From assembly GCA_000091205.1 (NCBI GenBank), contig AP006493.2: a stretch of DNA of 64,000 nt. One strand, given 5' to 3'. Source of the DNA: Cyanidioschyzon merolae (Eukaryota). The translations under genes were made by a program, and so were the position numbers. Under the pieces are notes generated by a model. That model made no database searches and had not been told where the DNA came from. It worked only from the letters and a program-made list of their open reading frames with translations. Of this stretch, positions 11,001 through 21,415 are shown piece by piece (positions within the stretch are counted from its first letter, which is position 1; every line of letters begins with the position of its first letter).

Positions 11001-14000
11001 GACCCCGCTTGATGCCGTATCCACGGCTATGCCAGGCGGCAGTGAGTAGGCGCTGCGTTCACCATCACCAGAGACGGCTCTTGCATCCGGCACATCGCCA
11101 AGTCGTACCGGACACGGAAGCGTTTTCCCGTCTAACTGCAGAAACGGTGAGTGCGGCAGATCTTTGCTTAGTCGGCAGATAAAGCCACAAAATGCCAACA
11201 GGTGTCGGCGGCTCTGTGCGTGCCCGCCTGGGGCGTCGTTCTCGCCAAGCGACCCAGCGTGCGCAGTGCGCCATTCGAGACAGTGATCGGTGAGAAGCGC
11301 GAACAGCACCGAGGCCCGTGGCGCCTCGTGCTCGCGCAGGTACGTCTCGAGAGCAGCCAACAAGGTTGTCAGGACCTCGTCGCCCAGATCAAGCAGTTCC
11401 CGCGCGAAACGCTCAAACACGGCTAAGCTCGTTGGGGCACTCAGCGCAACCGCCACTGTATGAACAAGCTCCTCTGTGAGTTCTGCATCCAAGCCATATT
11501 CGCTAGGCGTTGACGGGCGACTCTGTGCGGACTGACGCAGCTCCTTCCATGCGCCCAGCAACACCGGTTGCACCACTTCCGTCACAAACAGATCCGCATA
11601 GAGACCCTTCCAGACGGTAAATGTATCGCGGAAAAACCGCACTGCTCGCAGTCGGACCGCCTGCCTGGGCTCATCTCGTAGGTACACCGTCAGCACGTAC
11701 TGAAGTCGATCGACCCATGTCTCGAGGCCGAAGAAAGGTTGCGCGAGACGCTCGCGCAGCGCCAGCATTCGCAAACGCTCTGGTACTCTGGTAAGAGGGC
11801 CGACCCTCTCCAGGAACGAGAGAATCTCTGGGCCATCACCAAAAGACTGAGGCGAGGTTCGTTCAACATAATCGAGCACCGATTCAATAAAGCGATGTGC
11901 GACTTGCTCCCAAAACGCGGCCATATCCGCGATGGATCCGGCCTCCGGCGTCGACTGTGCGCGTACATCGGGCGCCGCATCCAGGCTTCTGACGGTCATC
12001 GCGCCGGTTTCGGCTGCGAGACTCGCGTTCGCAGAGGCTCGGTAGTCGTCGCTCTGAATTCTGTGAGCAAGTGTGCCCGTCGAATCATTGGAAGGAACGA
12101 AACGAGCGATTGTGGCACGAACGCTACTCGTCGGGATCGCTCTCGAGCCGGTGCCGCACAGCATTAGCTCGTTGCCGGCTCCGGTGGAGATTCCAGTACT
12201 CGAAACATCTCCGAATCTCTGCAGAAGAGCCCGGGTGGCCACTTCGACCAGGAGCGTAAGCGCTCCGTCGTCAAACTGCGAAACACAGTGGCTCACGCGT
12301 ACCAGACGATGAAGCGCTGCGACCAGCTCCATCGTAAAGAACGGAGATTTTTCTGCCCATTGAGCGGCACTCTCGCTAACTCGTATGATGAGCGCGCTGG
12401 CGAAAGCAAATCCATCAGCCTTTTCAAAGATGCTCCCCTGCGCGAGCGTCATCAGTAAACAATGCATTGCACCGAGCGCAGCCGCTTCGATAAGCATCTC
12501 GTCGGTTTCCGGGGAATTCGCCACAACACTCGGCCGTGTCCCGCACGAAGCCTCGATATTGGCATGCTGCCGCCCCAACGCCTCCGTCGCTGGAGCAGCA
12601 GTGCCACCACTGGCAAAGGAAAAAGGCTGGCGGTATGATTCTCCCGACAGTGATTCCGGCAAACTTGACAACGCTGGTAGACGCTCAGCCTCGCCAGAAG
12701 CCAGAAGAGTACTAGCTGGTACCGGAAACATTTCACCTGCTAATAGGCGGCTAGCACTCTCTAAAACGCGATAAACCCAAGGCGTCTCCAGAAGCTGCAA
12801 GAAAAGCGCAGTGGCAGCATGCGCGGCGCTCGGCGCACGCAACACGCAAAGACACGCACCCGTCGCTAATGCGTGCACCAGCACGGACACGGATTCCGCG
12901 TGCACGCATCGCCCGAATTCCCGCCAAATCACATGCTGCACGGTACCCGAAGCGCAGACGAGGATACAGAGCGCGCCTAGCACCTCGCAACACTGCGTAT
13001 AGAGACAAACCGAATGGATTCGTGCTCCCCGAGTTGTGAGCGCTCTCCAGCAGGCGCCAAACACATGTATCACCACAGGCCGGGTGAGCAGTGTCCAGTC
13101 AGCGGATGTTAGGGATTTCTTGGTGCGCCCATTGACGAGAGCAGTCCCCTTGACGGTCGTCCACAGGAGGGAAACGTAAGCGCGCCCCAAACATGTGAGA
13201 AGTGCATCAAACCCGCCGGCAAACGCAGCGTGCAGCTCTAGTACGGATACAAGCCACTGTCCCAGGCATTCCATGGCGCGTGCGTCCACCTCGCCGGGAG
13301 CATCCCGACGCGCCTCCCTACGGCGTTCTGTAGAGCAAATGCCGATCGAGTGGGCTAAGTGTACCACGGTACAGGCTGCATCAATATCAACAGAACATAA
13401 CCACGCCCAGTCGAGCATTTCGAGCAGATCCAGCATCTTGTCCAAATCTGCTCCGCGTAGCGCTCGCGCAGCCGCATCGGACCAAGTTTGCTGAATCCGG
13501 TTCGTGAGTAGATGCCCCATTGGCGACGAGTCGGCTCGTCTGCGCTGGGACTCTTCTGGGTATTTCGCTGTCGCCCCGTCGTCCGTGGTCCAGCGATCCC
13601 ACAGATACTCCAGTAGCTCCAGATCAGTCTGAAGAGCGCTCTCTACATCATCCGCATACTCTAGTTTCTGTTCATTGTGAGCTCGCGCAGTGCCACTCAG
13701 GTCCGCAATCAGTACACTCGCGAGCGCACAGAATTTTCTGTGGACCTCACAGGCATTCTTGTCGTCGCTGTCCCTGCGTGGTTCTCCTACTAACGCTGGG
13801 GGCAGGACATTTGTCGCATTCTTCGCAGTCAGTATCCTTGTCGCCCCGGAGTTGATGGATACGAGCCAAAGGGCCGGCGACAAGGTCGCCTGCGCGTGCA
13901 GGCAGGCGGTCAAAGATTCCAAGCGTATGCCAGGTTTCCCGTGCGACGCCTCCGCACTCGTCGAGCTGCCGGAGACAGGTGACACCCTCTCTGCGTCATC

Positions 14001-14576
14001 ATTTCGGTCACTACCGCTTTCGGTCTGTGCTACATGCCTCAGTAGGATCCACTGCTGCTTCATCGTTTCGAAGCTGCGAGCCCGAGTCGCACCGGAGAGC
14101 ACTACTGCCAAAGTGCCCAGTACCTGCACCAGGCTCTTGTCGCTTCGCAACGACTCTCGTGCGATTTGCTCTAGTTCTGGGGACGGTGACGCTGCTGGTA
14201 GATTTAACTGCGTTGAGGTGCCATGGTGCGGCGAACTTGTCAAAACAGGCGAAGATTCCGTGTCTAGAACGTGTACTTCGCGAGTCGCAAACGCACGTTG
14301 CTCCGAGCGACTCGCGTCGACACCAGCAGACCTGCTCGTGGTGGCGTCCACCGCGCTCTCAAGCTTGGAGTCGGTTTGCGTGCCGTTTCTCGGTTCAGCA
14401 TGGGAAAAAGGCGCTCTCGTCGCGGCGTTCATTGCAGAACCGTCCAGCTGGGATCCTGAAAATTCGGAAGAGCTTGGTTCGAGGCCCAGCGTTCTCTGGA
14501 AAGCCCGCCAAAGAGCGAGACTCGATCCAACGGAAGCGTGTTCCTTTCCATCCATAGCTTCAACATCTACAGCCAC
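8046..14576 (-). CDS. TSC2: Tuberin (TSC2)-like giant protein with C-terminal Rap/Rheb-GAP domain
   Basis: C-terminal region (...IGLMYVGTGQQTESEILANVAGDSQYDDFCTNLG...GGLDYSERQADGAFALYYRDAATQLIFHTTTLMP...RKKRHVGNDHVKIFW...FNSVHFTIAPL...) follows the tuberin RapGAP domain block by block (HIGxxYVGxGQ, GGLD, FHxATLMP, KRHxGND, FNFVHxxVTPL). A long mostly helical N-terminal region is consistent with a tuberin N-terminus. Confidence 0.7.
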   Translation of the reverse strand: MAVDVEAMDGKEHASVGSSLALWRAFQRTLGLEPSSSEFSGSQLDGSAMNAATRAPFSHAEPRNGTQTDSKLESAVDATTSRSAGVDASRSEQRAFATREVHVLDTESSPVLTSSPHHGTSTQLNLPAASPSPELEQIARESLRSDKSLVQVLGTLAVVLSGATRARSFETMKQQWILLRHVAQTESGSDRNDDAERVSPVSGSSTSAEASHGKPGIRLESLTACLHAQATLSPALWLVSINSGATRILTAKNATNVLPPALVGEPRRDSDDKNACEVHRKFCALASVLIADLSGTARAHNEQKLEYADDVESALQTDLELLEYLWDRWTTDDGATAKYPEESQRRRADSSPMGHLLTNRIQQTWSDAAARALRGADLDKMLDLLEMLDWAWLCSVDIDAACTVVHLAHSIGICSTERRREARRDAPGEVDARAMECLGQWLVSVLELHAAFAGGFDALLTCLGRAYVSLLWTTVKGTALVNGRTKKSLTSADWTLLTRPVVIHVFGACWRALTTRGARIHSVCLYTQCCEVLGALCILVCASGTVQHVIWREFGRCVHAESVSVLVHALATGACLCVLRAPSAAHAATALFLQLLETPWVYRVLESASRLLAGEMFPVPASTLLASGEAERLPALSSLPESLSGESYRQPFSFASGGTAAPATEALGRQHANIEASCGTRPSVVANSPETDEMLIEAAALGAMHCLLMTLAQGSIFEKADGFAFASALIIRVSESAAQWAEKSPFFTMELVAALHRLVRVSHCVSQFDDGALTLLVEVATRALLQRFGDVSSTGISTGAGNELMLCGTGSRAIPTSSVRATIARFVPSNDSTGTLAHRIQSDDYRASANASLAAETGAMTVRSLDAAPDVRAQSTPEAGSIADMAAFWEQVAHRFIESVLDYVERTSPQSFGDGPEILSFLERVGPLTRVPERLRMLALRERLAQPFFGLETWVDRLQYVLTVYLRDEPRQAVRLRAVRFFRDTFTVWKGLYADLFVTEVVQPVLLGAWKELRQSAQSRPSTPSEYGLDAELTEELVHTVAVALSAPTSLAVFERFARELLDLGDEVLTTLLAALETYLREHEAPRASVLFALLTDHCLEWRTAHAGSLGENDAPGGHAQSRRHLLAFCGFICRLSKDLPHSPFLQLDGKTLPCPVRLGDVPDARAVSGDGERSAYSLPPGIAVDTASSGVWCRTERTRGASVSARTGEALERHADGSDAPAPATGESSAPADQPSVKPTIPAHTDVFGAGVLVPVAAWYHHLLGRLLHSTMDDAAYATAAPPAVDGTTEAFQPPELESIMACLVHLVTDPGFGPIALVPALQTYDLLGQWLERSRKLATDKSGSYLSLAARHLALEVLAAITLRELARSAPMSWAQHIEHLLDMVIAELYWLVAEAERLPLYPPMLDFTLRLLVQGWCMAKDREPTVALQSITAAYLVALQVFAGRLVAVSGERPRTCVEHARHLADCVNEAAAILESLHGVALCFRELVPSAQATAPETGSFVCSDVAMQAALSPRVRYADGVQSAGADPESGSGPADVGLLAAFETASIGVDGGVVAGLATRRNATYAHIAFSIVITLVPLFAPTGASLQGASPAVAQSQGAQLRRLAMSAWCNWASLVHDVTVLRPYLEALEERCRKHGCTLFAAVAAEFTYCFGGVRLVDRGPSTLLDKALQQAPLVASWALAGTDALPVVINAYRNGYELTLAIRRVTGSSRMQLRLHEPPWTWYPERRYATESSSARAATFAEAPRRVQVEGTAAASTDRSSVRLPFAAEQPAPSSSSSLSSSVVVGGGGVAVVDNAIPTEKSPNGPELVDSAVEKKLDAHLRGVLAQFMHRQPLEAWRRLVLDRQVWQVLDRMPPEDIHRIGLMYVGTGQQTESEILANVAGDSQYDDFCTNLGVFLRLTDHWMFGYTGGLDYSERQADGAFALYYRDAATQLIFHTTTLMPAELGTEGARLATDPGNSVPEPAGTPTNPAVRFAAATRGSSSERKSLIRKKRHVGNDHVKIFWCARRTEARIAATPDVLPGAFNSVHFTIAPLSTRDGNTNEAADGTESSLFLAEAHWHRSGMPRSGPWRVPGPCMVCGTGAAAFLLRLAAIHADTLCGCRAIAGYRSSMATSSVSSAPAHGSTIPLASAAGLAIGSEEEPWLRRLSYMQHQIERLSGESLPPGTG

Positions 14577-15699
14577 CGCTTTATTCGACTTGTCAACAAC
14601 TCTTAGTCTCGTCGAAATTTCATTTCGCCTGCATACACTCTGCGAGGAGACACCAAAGTCTTCAAAAGCGCAGTCTTTCCGGAAAGCGCTGCAGGTACTC
14701 GATGAAGCGGCCGCAGGCGTGCCTTTGTAAACGAAGCAGCAGCAGCAGCAGCAGCAGCGCCGACTGTGCCAATTCGTGATCTTGGCGCAGATACACTACA
14801 GCCGCTTTTCGGGGAAGCGCGTGCACGGAACGAAAAGTCCTCGGAAGGAATGAGCGCTACGGACCCGCGGGCCGGCATCTGGAAAGCCAGTGGCAGGGAT
14901 CAGGTGCAGGCTGATTGGTCAGGCGTGGGTCCAAGGTGCACCGGGTAACTAGCACTGCCTGTTTTGGTCCTTGAGCGCTACCCAGTTCGTTTGAGAGCGC
15001 TCGCTGCACCCGGAGTCGCAGTACCCTCTCGAAAGTTTTTTCAGATTTATAGGTGAAAGATTAACGAAATCGATCAACCAAGGAAAATTACATCGCACTT
15101 TGGCACGAAAGAGTTGACAAGCAATTGAGAACCGCCGGCGGGAGGCTTTCCTAGCTGCTTTCTCAGGCAGCCTTGCGACGCGCGCGGAACTGCTGTGGCG
15201 GGAATTAGTTCTTCATAGAGGGTGTGACGACGACGAACACGCGAGATGCGGCGTCCTGGAATCGCGGATTCCCCGACGACCGATGTGTTCATCGTCGAGC
15301 GGGCTCCGCCCCAGTGGTATCCTGTGACGGAGCCATCCTGTCTCCGTCTGGCGTCTGCGCGAGTCTCAACATACATTCACACACACACACACAGACGGAC
15401 AGAATCGCAGGATCAACCGCGCTGTCATATCGTACCTGTTCTCTGTGTTCAGTCTGGTGACCATATCCCCATGTCAGACAGACATGGAACGGGTCCACTT
15501 GGCTCACTCGGGTATACATGGTTCATTTCCGGTGCCTCCAGGGTATCATCAAGGCCAGCCTGTACTTGCTTCTTCGCGAACGACTTCCTCATCCTCGCTC
15601 TTAACTCCGGCTTTGAATACGCCTGTCTCGACTTTACCTTCAGCCCCGTCGTCAGCAGTAGAAGGATGTTGATGGCAGCGGTATTGTGCCAAGTGCGCA

Positions 15700-16510
15700 G
15701 CTGCCAGCAGTTGCTGGCGCATTTCGCGCTCAGCAAATAGCTGCGATCTCCGGTTCACTTGCCACGTTCATCTCCTTTGGATGCAGCCTCGGTGCGCCAT
15801 TCGCAGTGGTGACACTTGCGTGTGGTCAGGACCTTCTATACGCCCGTTAAACCTCCTGCGCTTCCTCTGAGCGCCGCCCTTTGGCACGTGAACGCCTGCT
15901 TCGGCGCTCGGTACACGCCCTTGACTGCTACAGAGGATTTCCCTCAATGCCCTCTTGCGTTTGCGAGCCTGGTTCCGTACGCTTCCGTCCGAGGCGTCTC
16001 CTGGTCGATCCGCTCAGCGAGGACTCTCTCCGGTGCACGTGCCAGCGTATGCGCTTCCATTCGATAGGGGGGTTTTGGAACGCGATTTTGACCATGACGA
16101 AACAAGTTCCAGAGGGAAAATTCAGGCCGGAGAACAAGTCGAGAAAAACCGATCTGTCTACGACTCCTTCTCGCAAAGCGGTGACGCATTCTCTTTTGCA
16201 GGCAATCGCTGCGATAGCACAAGTCCGAGTCAACCACCTTTTCCATTTAAAAAGAGAATACGCGAGCCTCTGGGGGCATATCTTTGGCCGGCATTAAGCT
16301 GCTACTGACGAATGCCGTTTCTTCGACGGCCGCAAACAGAAGAAATTTTCTCTCTCGAACGGAATCGATGATTTGGCGTGACAAGTTCAGTGAATATCGG
16401 CATGAACTTGTGAACAAATCTTCAAGGAAGGATGTCGAGTCTGCTCTTCACCGTCAATCCAGCGTTGCGGATTTGTGCGCCAGCTAGTTGCCTTTAAACA
16501 GAAAACTTGA
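15700..16510 (+). pseudogene. Copy 1 of a diverged ~0.8 kb repeat/gene family (frameshifted: the CGQ... block and the HDETS...SGDAFSFAGNRC block are in different frames)
   Basis: Block homology at nucleotide and protein level with 28560-29340(-), 39740-40460(+) and 53225-54020(+). Examples: 'ccatgacgaaacaagttccagagggaaaattcagg', 'gcaaagcggtgacgcattctc', 'tcgaatgccgtttc...ttcgaacggaatcg...tgaacaa...gttgcctt-aaac'. Confidence 0.45.
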
Positions 16511-17221
16511 AGACTGCGTAATTCGAGCATGCGAAGCGGTGACCATTTGCATCTTATATCCATACACTGGACGATGGCATCGGTACTTTGACAAACCCCG
16601 AATGGATGGCGCTATGGATCATCCTTAATCTGTTGACGTTTCGAGTTCCAGCGAGACAACCTCAAACGAGCGACTCCAAGACGACGAACGAAACCAGTAG
16701 AATGAACAGATGAATCCGTGAGCCCTTCGTGCTGCACGTCGAATCTCGAGCGTATACATCCAAAAGCATACTCGGGAAAATCTCCAGGCGGGAACAGAGC
16801 CAGCAGTTCAGTGATCCATTTGAATCTGACAAGGATGTAGCAGCCTCTGGAGAGGCGTCGACATTGAAGCTCCGCTGAACGCCAGCAGTCGCGCACCCCG
16901 ATAGACCTCATCCGAATCGTCAATCCAACACCGTACACAACACAAGATACAGCGAGCTCCACTGGAGGCCGCTCCGAACCAAACAACCCCAAAGCGCATC
17001 CAAACGCTGAAATGTGCCCGCAAGGGTCATCTCGGGCACTTATCATGCCTCTTGAGCCGAGCGCGGGTACGCAGGCGGCATACTGTCGTGTCCGCGTGGC
17101 GTCCGGTGAGTCGCCCGTGCACCACCGCTGCAGAGGCATTCCCATCAGTTGACAAATGCGCACACGTACACAACATGTCGTGCATCCCAGCATCGCTCAC
17201 GAGCGCAAGAAGGCTCCGCGG

Positions 17222-19681
17222 CTACCTCCTGAACGCGGAGCGATCGGTCTGAATGGAGCGCGAACGACGACGTTCCAGCGCCTGCAGATGTAACGTCGGA
17301 CGCAATAAGGACGACTGCGTGATATCCATCATATTTCGATCGAAGCGGAACCGCGCTGCCTCGTCGCTGCTCTGCGGAATCGATCGAATCCTCCCACCGT
17401 ACATGGTCGCGATGATCACGAGTTTCGAAAATACGGAAAACTTCCCCGACAAGCTATAGTCTGCGTTATTGACCCCTATAGAGTAGCCAACGTTGCCGTA
17501 GGCGCTAGCGATTTCAAAAAGAATGTCGAAAACCGTGACTGTGCCGAGCGTTTGAACCTCGCGTATTGAGTTGCGAAGCAAGTAATTCTCTGCAATGCAG
17601 ACGACAAAAAGCGCTAGGAAAAGCCAAGCAATGTCGAAGACAAGCAAATTCTCGAAGGTTTTCCCCAGTTCACGGAGCACGGGAGCGGCCCCAGCGGCCG
17701 CATTCGCTGCTGCAGACTTGGAACTCAGCGAAGCGTACGCCGCATCGTTGAGTTGAGCAGGTTCGACACGCTTCCTCTGCGAGGCTGTCGAAGGCATAGA
17801 GGTGCGCAGCGTCAACACATACGGAACCGGCGACAAATACATCAGAACTGCATACAGAACGAGCAGCGCAGGCGAAATCGCGCGAAAGCTGACGACTTGA
17901 AAGCCAGCGTTTCTGGTGCAAACGCTCTGGAAGGCTCCAAGATAAACCAAACTCCCTGCCGAGTAGGAGGCTAGGAGCTCGGTTCGATCCAGATTCAGCG
18001 CTAAAAATGCAATGAATTGAACAAGTAACAGAATCACGAGGATGATACCGAGCACAAATGTTTGGGCGCCATTAAAGAGAAAAATGGAAAACTTACGACC
18101 GTGAAGCAGCAAGTACTCCCAGGGCGCCTTGTCGCGTGCCAGACGACGCCCGAGCAAGACCAGCAGGTAGAGCGCTACGGGTAGGCCAGTGTTGCCTATG
18201 ATGATCAGCACACCCAACAAGAACAATGCTCCTGGCTGGTTGGCAAGTGGCGCTAAGCTCGCGTTAAGCAGCGTGAGACCACAGTTATGCAGCGCTGAAA
18301 CACTTGTGAACACTGAAAACCAACCCGTTGTGGCGCCGCTCTGGGCAATCGCTGGAGAGGGACCCGGCGGGGTCACCACAGCTGCAAAGACCAGCGGTAA
18401 GAAAATCGCTAGTAAGCCGACGTAGAAGATGGCGTTCAACAGAATGAGTTTGCCCATGGCTTCAAACTCCAAAACCGCGTTGCGCGCAAATTCGTTCCCT
18501 TCTAGGCATATGCTTCGCCGCTGGTAGACAACACTTCTCCCTGCCAATTCTCGAGACATCGAGCGTCCGATTGAGTTGGCGCGAGCTTCTCGCTCTAAGG
18601 AGTGAATCGTTGACTCTCGTGCGAGAAACCTGCTGCCATCACGAAAACGGTTTGTGACCATGTCCGGCGAAGCGGCTCCATTGCCCGAATGTTTTGCACC
18701 ATACACGTTCACCTGACCTGAGGATAACGAACGTTCGGGATCGCCATACGTGTTCGCCTTCTGTACGGGCTTTGGCGGCTCCGGCACATGCAGCTGTGAG
18801 AGGCTGGCGTAAATACTTACCGGTCGATCATGAATGCTCTCATCCAAGCCATAGATGCTCTCTTCATCGTCTGCACCGAGATCGTCCTCGCCTTGTGCAG
18901 CGTGGCGCGACAGCTCCGACCGAAGATGGCGCTCTCGGCGGATGAGCGCACCATACCAGTGCCAGTAGAGCCGCCGCTTGATGAGTGGCGGCAGAAAAAC
19001 GGTGAAAATTTGGCTCCCGATGATGATCATGATGAATAGCAGTGCAAGAAACCCATTATTCATGGCCGACATATTCACGGAATTGAGACCCGTTTCCGTG
19101 AAGGCTGAGACGACCATGTAGTACGTGTCGATGAAGGCGATTTGCCCATGGAGAATAGCTGCTCCAACACCTGCCGCGATAATTGGAATCAACACCACGT
19201 AGGCAACAAAGATGTAGCGGTAATTGAGATTATGGAGAAGCCATCTCATAAAACGCCGATACCATGGAATAACCACGGTCCGCGAGTAGGGCCTTCCCGA
19301 GGATTGCACGGTTTCCGCAGGTCCGCTCTGGTACGTCGCTTCATAGCCTATAGACTCCCGGTCAGGCTGGTCTGGGTACCAGTCGTACGCAACGCCTTCT
19401 GTGCGACTTAAGCGCGCGCGTGCTCTGAGCGACGGCGACGCAGCGTCGAGCCGGTACCCGCCCTGCGGGTCTTCAAAGAGGCCCTCGTAGCTGCCACCGC
19501 CAGGACCTGGTGTAGCGGCTACAGGAATAGTATACACTGCCAGTTCAGTGTCGTCAGAGCTTCTCCCGGGCTGCGCGATAGTGTGCGACGCTAGAGAGCC
19601 GTTTCCCAGCCTTGGTGACGTCGACACATCCGCCTCCGCTTCAGTACTTAAGGAACCAGGGAAGTCCTCTGTAGGGGCCAT
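17222..19681 (-). CDS. Trk/HKT-family cation (K+/Na+) transporter
   Basis: Multiple membrane-pore-membrane repeats with glycine-containing selectivity motifs (NAGF, NCGL, YGNVGYSIG, GLNSVNMS). Overall TrkH/TRK1 architecture. 819 aa. Confidence 0.8.
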   Translation of the reverse strand: MAPTEDFPGSLSTEAEADVSTSPRLGNGSLASHTIAQPGRSSDDTELAVYTIPVAATPGPGGGSYEGLFEDPQGGYRLDAASPSLRARARLSRTEGVAYDWYPDQPDRESIGYEATYQSGPAETVQSSGRPYSRTVVIPWYRRFMRWLLHNLNYRYIFVAYVVLIPIIAAGVGAAILHGQIAFIDTYYMVVSAFTETGLNSVNMSAMNNGFLALLFIMIIIGSQIFTVFLPPLIKRRLYWHWYGALIRRERHLRSELSRHAAQGEDDLGADDEESIYGLDESIHDRPVSIYASLSQLHVPEPPKPVQKANTYGDPERSLSSGQVNVYGAKHSGNGAASPDMVTNRFRDGSRFLARESTIHSLEREARANSIGRSMSRELAGRSVVYQRRSICLEGNEFARNAVLEFEAMGKLILLNAIFYVGLLAIFLPLVFAAVVTPPGPSPAIAQSGATTGWFSVFTSVSALHNCGLTLLNASLAPLANQPGALFLLGVLIIIGNTGLPVALYLLVLLGRRLARDKAPWEYLLLHGRKFSIFLFNGAQTFVLGIILVILLLVQFIAFLALNLDRTELLASYSAGSLVYLGAFQSVCTRNAGFQVVSFRAISPALLVLYAVLMYLSPVPYVLTLRTSMPSTASQRKRVEPAQLNDAAYASLSSKSAAANAAAGAAPVLRELGKTFENLLVFDIAWLFLALFVVCIAENYLLRNSIREVQTLGTVTVFDILFEIASAYGNVGYSIGVNNADYSLSGKFSVFSKLVIIATMYGGRIRSIPQSSDEAARFRFDRNMMDITQSSLLRPTLHLQALERRRSRSIQTDRSAFRR

Positions 19682-21209
19682 GCAGCGCAGTGGCTACAAA
19701 AGCAACGGCCCCTTCGGCCCAAACTTAAGGTTTGTTACACTGTTACTGGAAAAGGAAAGGCCAAACACCGTCCAGGGTATGCGTAACTAGTTTCCAGAGC
19801 TTCACTGGTGTCGTGGAAACGACGCAACTGACTGAGACTTGCCTAACCGCACGAATAGCCGCACATGATCGTCGTGCAATCGAAGCCGCGTGCTTCAAGA
19901 GTACCAGTTAGAACTTAAAGATACCTATTTGTTCCAAAAATATCTATTTTTGTCAGATCTGTTCAGAAATCGTCGGATGACGTTGGTTCAATAAGCGCAA
20001 GCCTACAAGCACTGAGCATCTGCTGGCGTGTACCCTCGATCCACTCAAGCGCTGAACTTGTGAGGGATGTGCCTATCCTGGACTCTCGCCGTAGCGCTGG
20101 ACTATTAGGCCACCGCTGCAAGCGCCATACAAAGAGGGAATGGCACCACGGTACCTTTATTGCCGTTTACACGAAACTCGCTCGTGACTTCTTGGACCAG
20201 CGGCGGTCGAAAACCTCAGAATCGGACTCCTTGGATCGCGAACTCACCGTCGTTCAGGAGTTGCGTTCTGAACCTATCTCGTAGGCGCAATTTAATTGCT
20301 GCGCATTTGCGGAGAGTTTCGTCTTGCATTGTATACAGTCAAGTTGCACGATAGACTGCGCTCTCTGTGTGTTTTGAAGCACAGATCCCGCCGCAAGTCT
20401 CGCGAGATTATGTTGAAGAGATGCGTGCTTAGAGAACACTGTTACGGGAAAGCGCACGTCACCTGAGTATCTTTGAACATTTTCCAGTGAATTGCGAGAT
20501 TGCTTCCACTGAATACGGAGAATGCGATTTCCAGTGCAGCAGCAGAACATCGAACAATCGAGTCTGTCGGGTCCAAGATGCGCGCTTTTTACAGCACGCG
20601 CGCCATTCTCTGGTTCAATATTCGTTCTCGAACAATAGTTGCAACAGCGTTGAGTTAGTCTACTGGTTCACTATATCCGCGTTGTACTAAAACGTAACAC
20701 TAGAGTGCAGGCCCTGTTCCTGGGTGTCTATTTTTTCGCAATTTTTTCAAATGTCCAGCCTCGACATTCGAAGTTCAACAGTAAGCGCTTCCGGGATCAT
20801 TGGTTCGTTTTGCGGTTTTCAGAGGTCTTTCTCGGAGGGGGTCATTCGAGGTTGTGGCGCTGGAATTCGATACGTTACCCGAATGAAGATGCTTCACAAC
20901 GATTTGCAAGAGAGATGTGTTACACTGCAGATATCATGAATTAATCTGCCCGTGCATGTACCCGTTCTTCTCCTTTCCTTACGTGTAGCATGCTCAAATT
21001 CAATATGCTTCAAATTTTGGATCTTTGTGGTTCAAGCTAGCTCATGGGTGCAGCCATTCGAGCCGCTGCGTTGACGAGCAAAAATACGCGACGTTGTCCA
21101 TTGTCGACTAGTTCATGAGCTCATGCTGGGCGTTCACTGGCTCCATCACGTCAAGCTATCGATTCCTTTCGAAAGATGAAATCATCCTCTCTGTATATCC
21201 ATCGACGAA

Positions 21210-21415
21210 ACATTATTCGACAGCAGCGTGACACCGCTTCCGGGATATGCCCCCAAGGGCTCCCGTCCGTTCTGTATCCATGGAAAAAGGGGTTAGTCTC
21301 GGACATCAGTCATCGCGGCGATTTTCTCAAATGGAGAGTGTCTCACCACTTTATACGAAACGAGCGTGGATGGATTGGAATTCCTCGACTTGGTCTCTAG
21401 CCTGGATTTTCCTTC
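21210..21415 (+). repeat. Copy A of a ~200 bp dispersed element (candidate Pol III small RNA gene or SINE-like repeat)
   Basis: About 80% identical to 61672-61874, same orientation. Conserved blocks 'caagggctcccgt...ttctgt.t.catggaaaaagg', 'ggacat.agtcatc', 'ggattggaattcctcgacttg.tct.tagcctggatt'. Ends in a TTTT run. Confidence 0.45.

Noticed and set aside
13690-14730. 346-aa ORF antisense to the TSC2-like gene (also 2919-3563 antisense to the PDI gene, and 52311-53000)
   Set aside because: Typical long antisense ORFs inside GC-rich genes. No domains. The sense-strand gene has clear homology.
21245-21300. 5S rRNA identity for the ~200 bp element (box-A-like 'ctcccgtccgttctg')
   Set aside because: Only about 15 nt resemble 5S. 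The remaining ~150 nt do not.
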